Source: an uncultured Dehalococcoidaceae bacterium (GTDB lineage Bacteria; Chloroflexota; Dehalococcoidia; UBA2979). From it: 64,000 nt of DNA. Shown piece by piece: positions 63,428 through 64,000 of the stretch (position 1 is its first letter; every line of letters begins with the position of its first letter). Both the position numbers and the translations under genes were made by a program. The notes beneath the pieces were generated by a model that worked only from the letters and a program-made list of their open reading frames with translations, was not told the origin of the DNA and did no database searches. Location: the NCBI GenBank assembly GCA_964565075.1, contig CAZMCK010000010.1, positions 299 through 64,298 on the forward strand, read 5' to 3'.

Positions 63428-63891
63428 TCTCGGCCGTCGACACCAACGTCCTGGTGGACGTGTTCCTCCCGGACGAGACGCACGCGGAGCGTTCCCGCCT
63501 GCTCCTTGCCGAAGCGCACCGGCTCGGCGCGATCATCGTCTCGGAAGCCGTCTACGCCGAGCTGACAGGCAGCTTCGACGACAGGCACAGGCTGGAGCAG
63601 CTGCTGGGCGACACGGGCATCCGGCTGGCGCCGTCGAGCCGTGAGGCCCTCGAGGTCGCGGGAGGAGCGTGGCGCGAGTATTCGCGGCGACGGCCGCGAT
63701 CGCTCGCCTGCGGCCAGTGCGGGACGGCTCAGACGGTGCGCTGCGAGGGCTGCGGCGAGCCGATCCGGCCACGCCAGCATCTCGTGGCGGACTTCCTGAT
63801 CGGCGCGCACGCGCTCGTCCATGCCGACCGGCTGCTGACGCGGGACCGAGGCTTCTACGCGACGTACTTCCCCGGACTGGACCTGACCTGA
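63424..63891 (+). CDS. vapC: PIN-domain toxin VapC with inserted CxxC...CxxC zinc-ribbon
   Basis: PIN acidic residues in MISAVDTNVLVD, VSEAVYAEL, VADFLIGAHAL and LLTRDRGF. The segment LACGQCGTAQTVRCEGCGEP is inserted before the third acidic residue. Confidence 0.7.
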   Translation: MISAVDTNVLVDVFLPDETHAERSRLLLAEAHRLGAIIVSEAVYAELTGSFDDRHRLEQLLGDTGIRLAPSSREALEVAGGAWREYSRRRPRSLACGQCGTAQTVRCEGCGEPIRPRQHLVADFLIGAHALVHADRLLTRDRGFYATYFPGLDLT

Positions 63892-63899
63892 GCGCCGAG

Positions 63900-64000
63900 G
63901 CTAGACCTGCACCACCATCAGCTCGCCGACGAAGGTCGAGAGCCGGAGGCGGACGCGGCGGTCGCGCGCCACGTAGCCCTCGCTGCGCACGTGGATGTCG
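63900..64000 (-). CDS. 3' end of an unidentified gene (partial, runs off window)
   Basis: Open frame on the reverse strand ending ...DIHVRSEGYVARDRRVRLRLSTFVGELMVVQV* at 63900. Too short to assign. Confidence 0.2.

Overview
This is a 64-kb window of about 70% GC from a bacterial chromosome, with roughly 90% of it coding. Most of it is housekeeping genes: a System-I cytochrome c maturation operon (ccmG-ccmE-ccmF-ccmH), an adjacent caa3-type cytochrome oxidase cluster (ctaC with a fused cytochrome c domain, ctaD, ctaE, subunit IV, assembly factor ctaG), nadE, folP, uvrC, pcm, xerD, eno, gap, ffh-rpsP-KH-rimM, rnd, msrB, nhaA, pepP, a B12-dependent class II ribonucleotide reductase (nrdJ), metE, a DtxR-family regulator, dcd, rlmD, maf, and two tRNAs (Ala-CGC, Arg-CCT). 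Ccm System I together with a caa3 oxidase, CtaG and prokaryotic subunit IV is atypical for classical actinomycetes. I cannot place the organism from sequence alone. The striking feature is how many defence and addiction modules sit between these conserved genes. (1) A lower-GC three-gene island holds a NYN-domain nuclease, an SRA-HNH (predicted 5mC-dependent type IV restriction) protein and an unknown 181-aa protein. (2) A single-chain MmeI-like type IIL restriction-modification gene is bracketed by a 46-bp imperfect direct repeat that duplicates the leader and start codon of the downstream gene. (3) A type II M+R pair (N6-adenine methyltransferase plus PD-(D/E)XK endonuclease) is inserted into the otherwise universal ffh-rpsP cluster. 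(4) A HigA-HigB-HigA triad lies between gap and ffh. (5) An Xre(DUF2384)/RES-like pair, a vapBC pair whose PIN toxin carries a zinc-ribbon insertion, and several orphan antitoxin-like genes (HicB, Phd/VapB-like, AbrB-like) are also present. There are no CRISPR arrays, no rRNA and no transposases. The many long ORFs on the strand opposite real genes are artefacts of high GC. The ORF track and my own base counting disagreed by +/-1 nt in a few places. Refined starts are given relative to the track coordinates.
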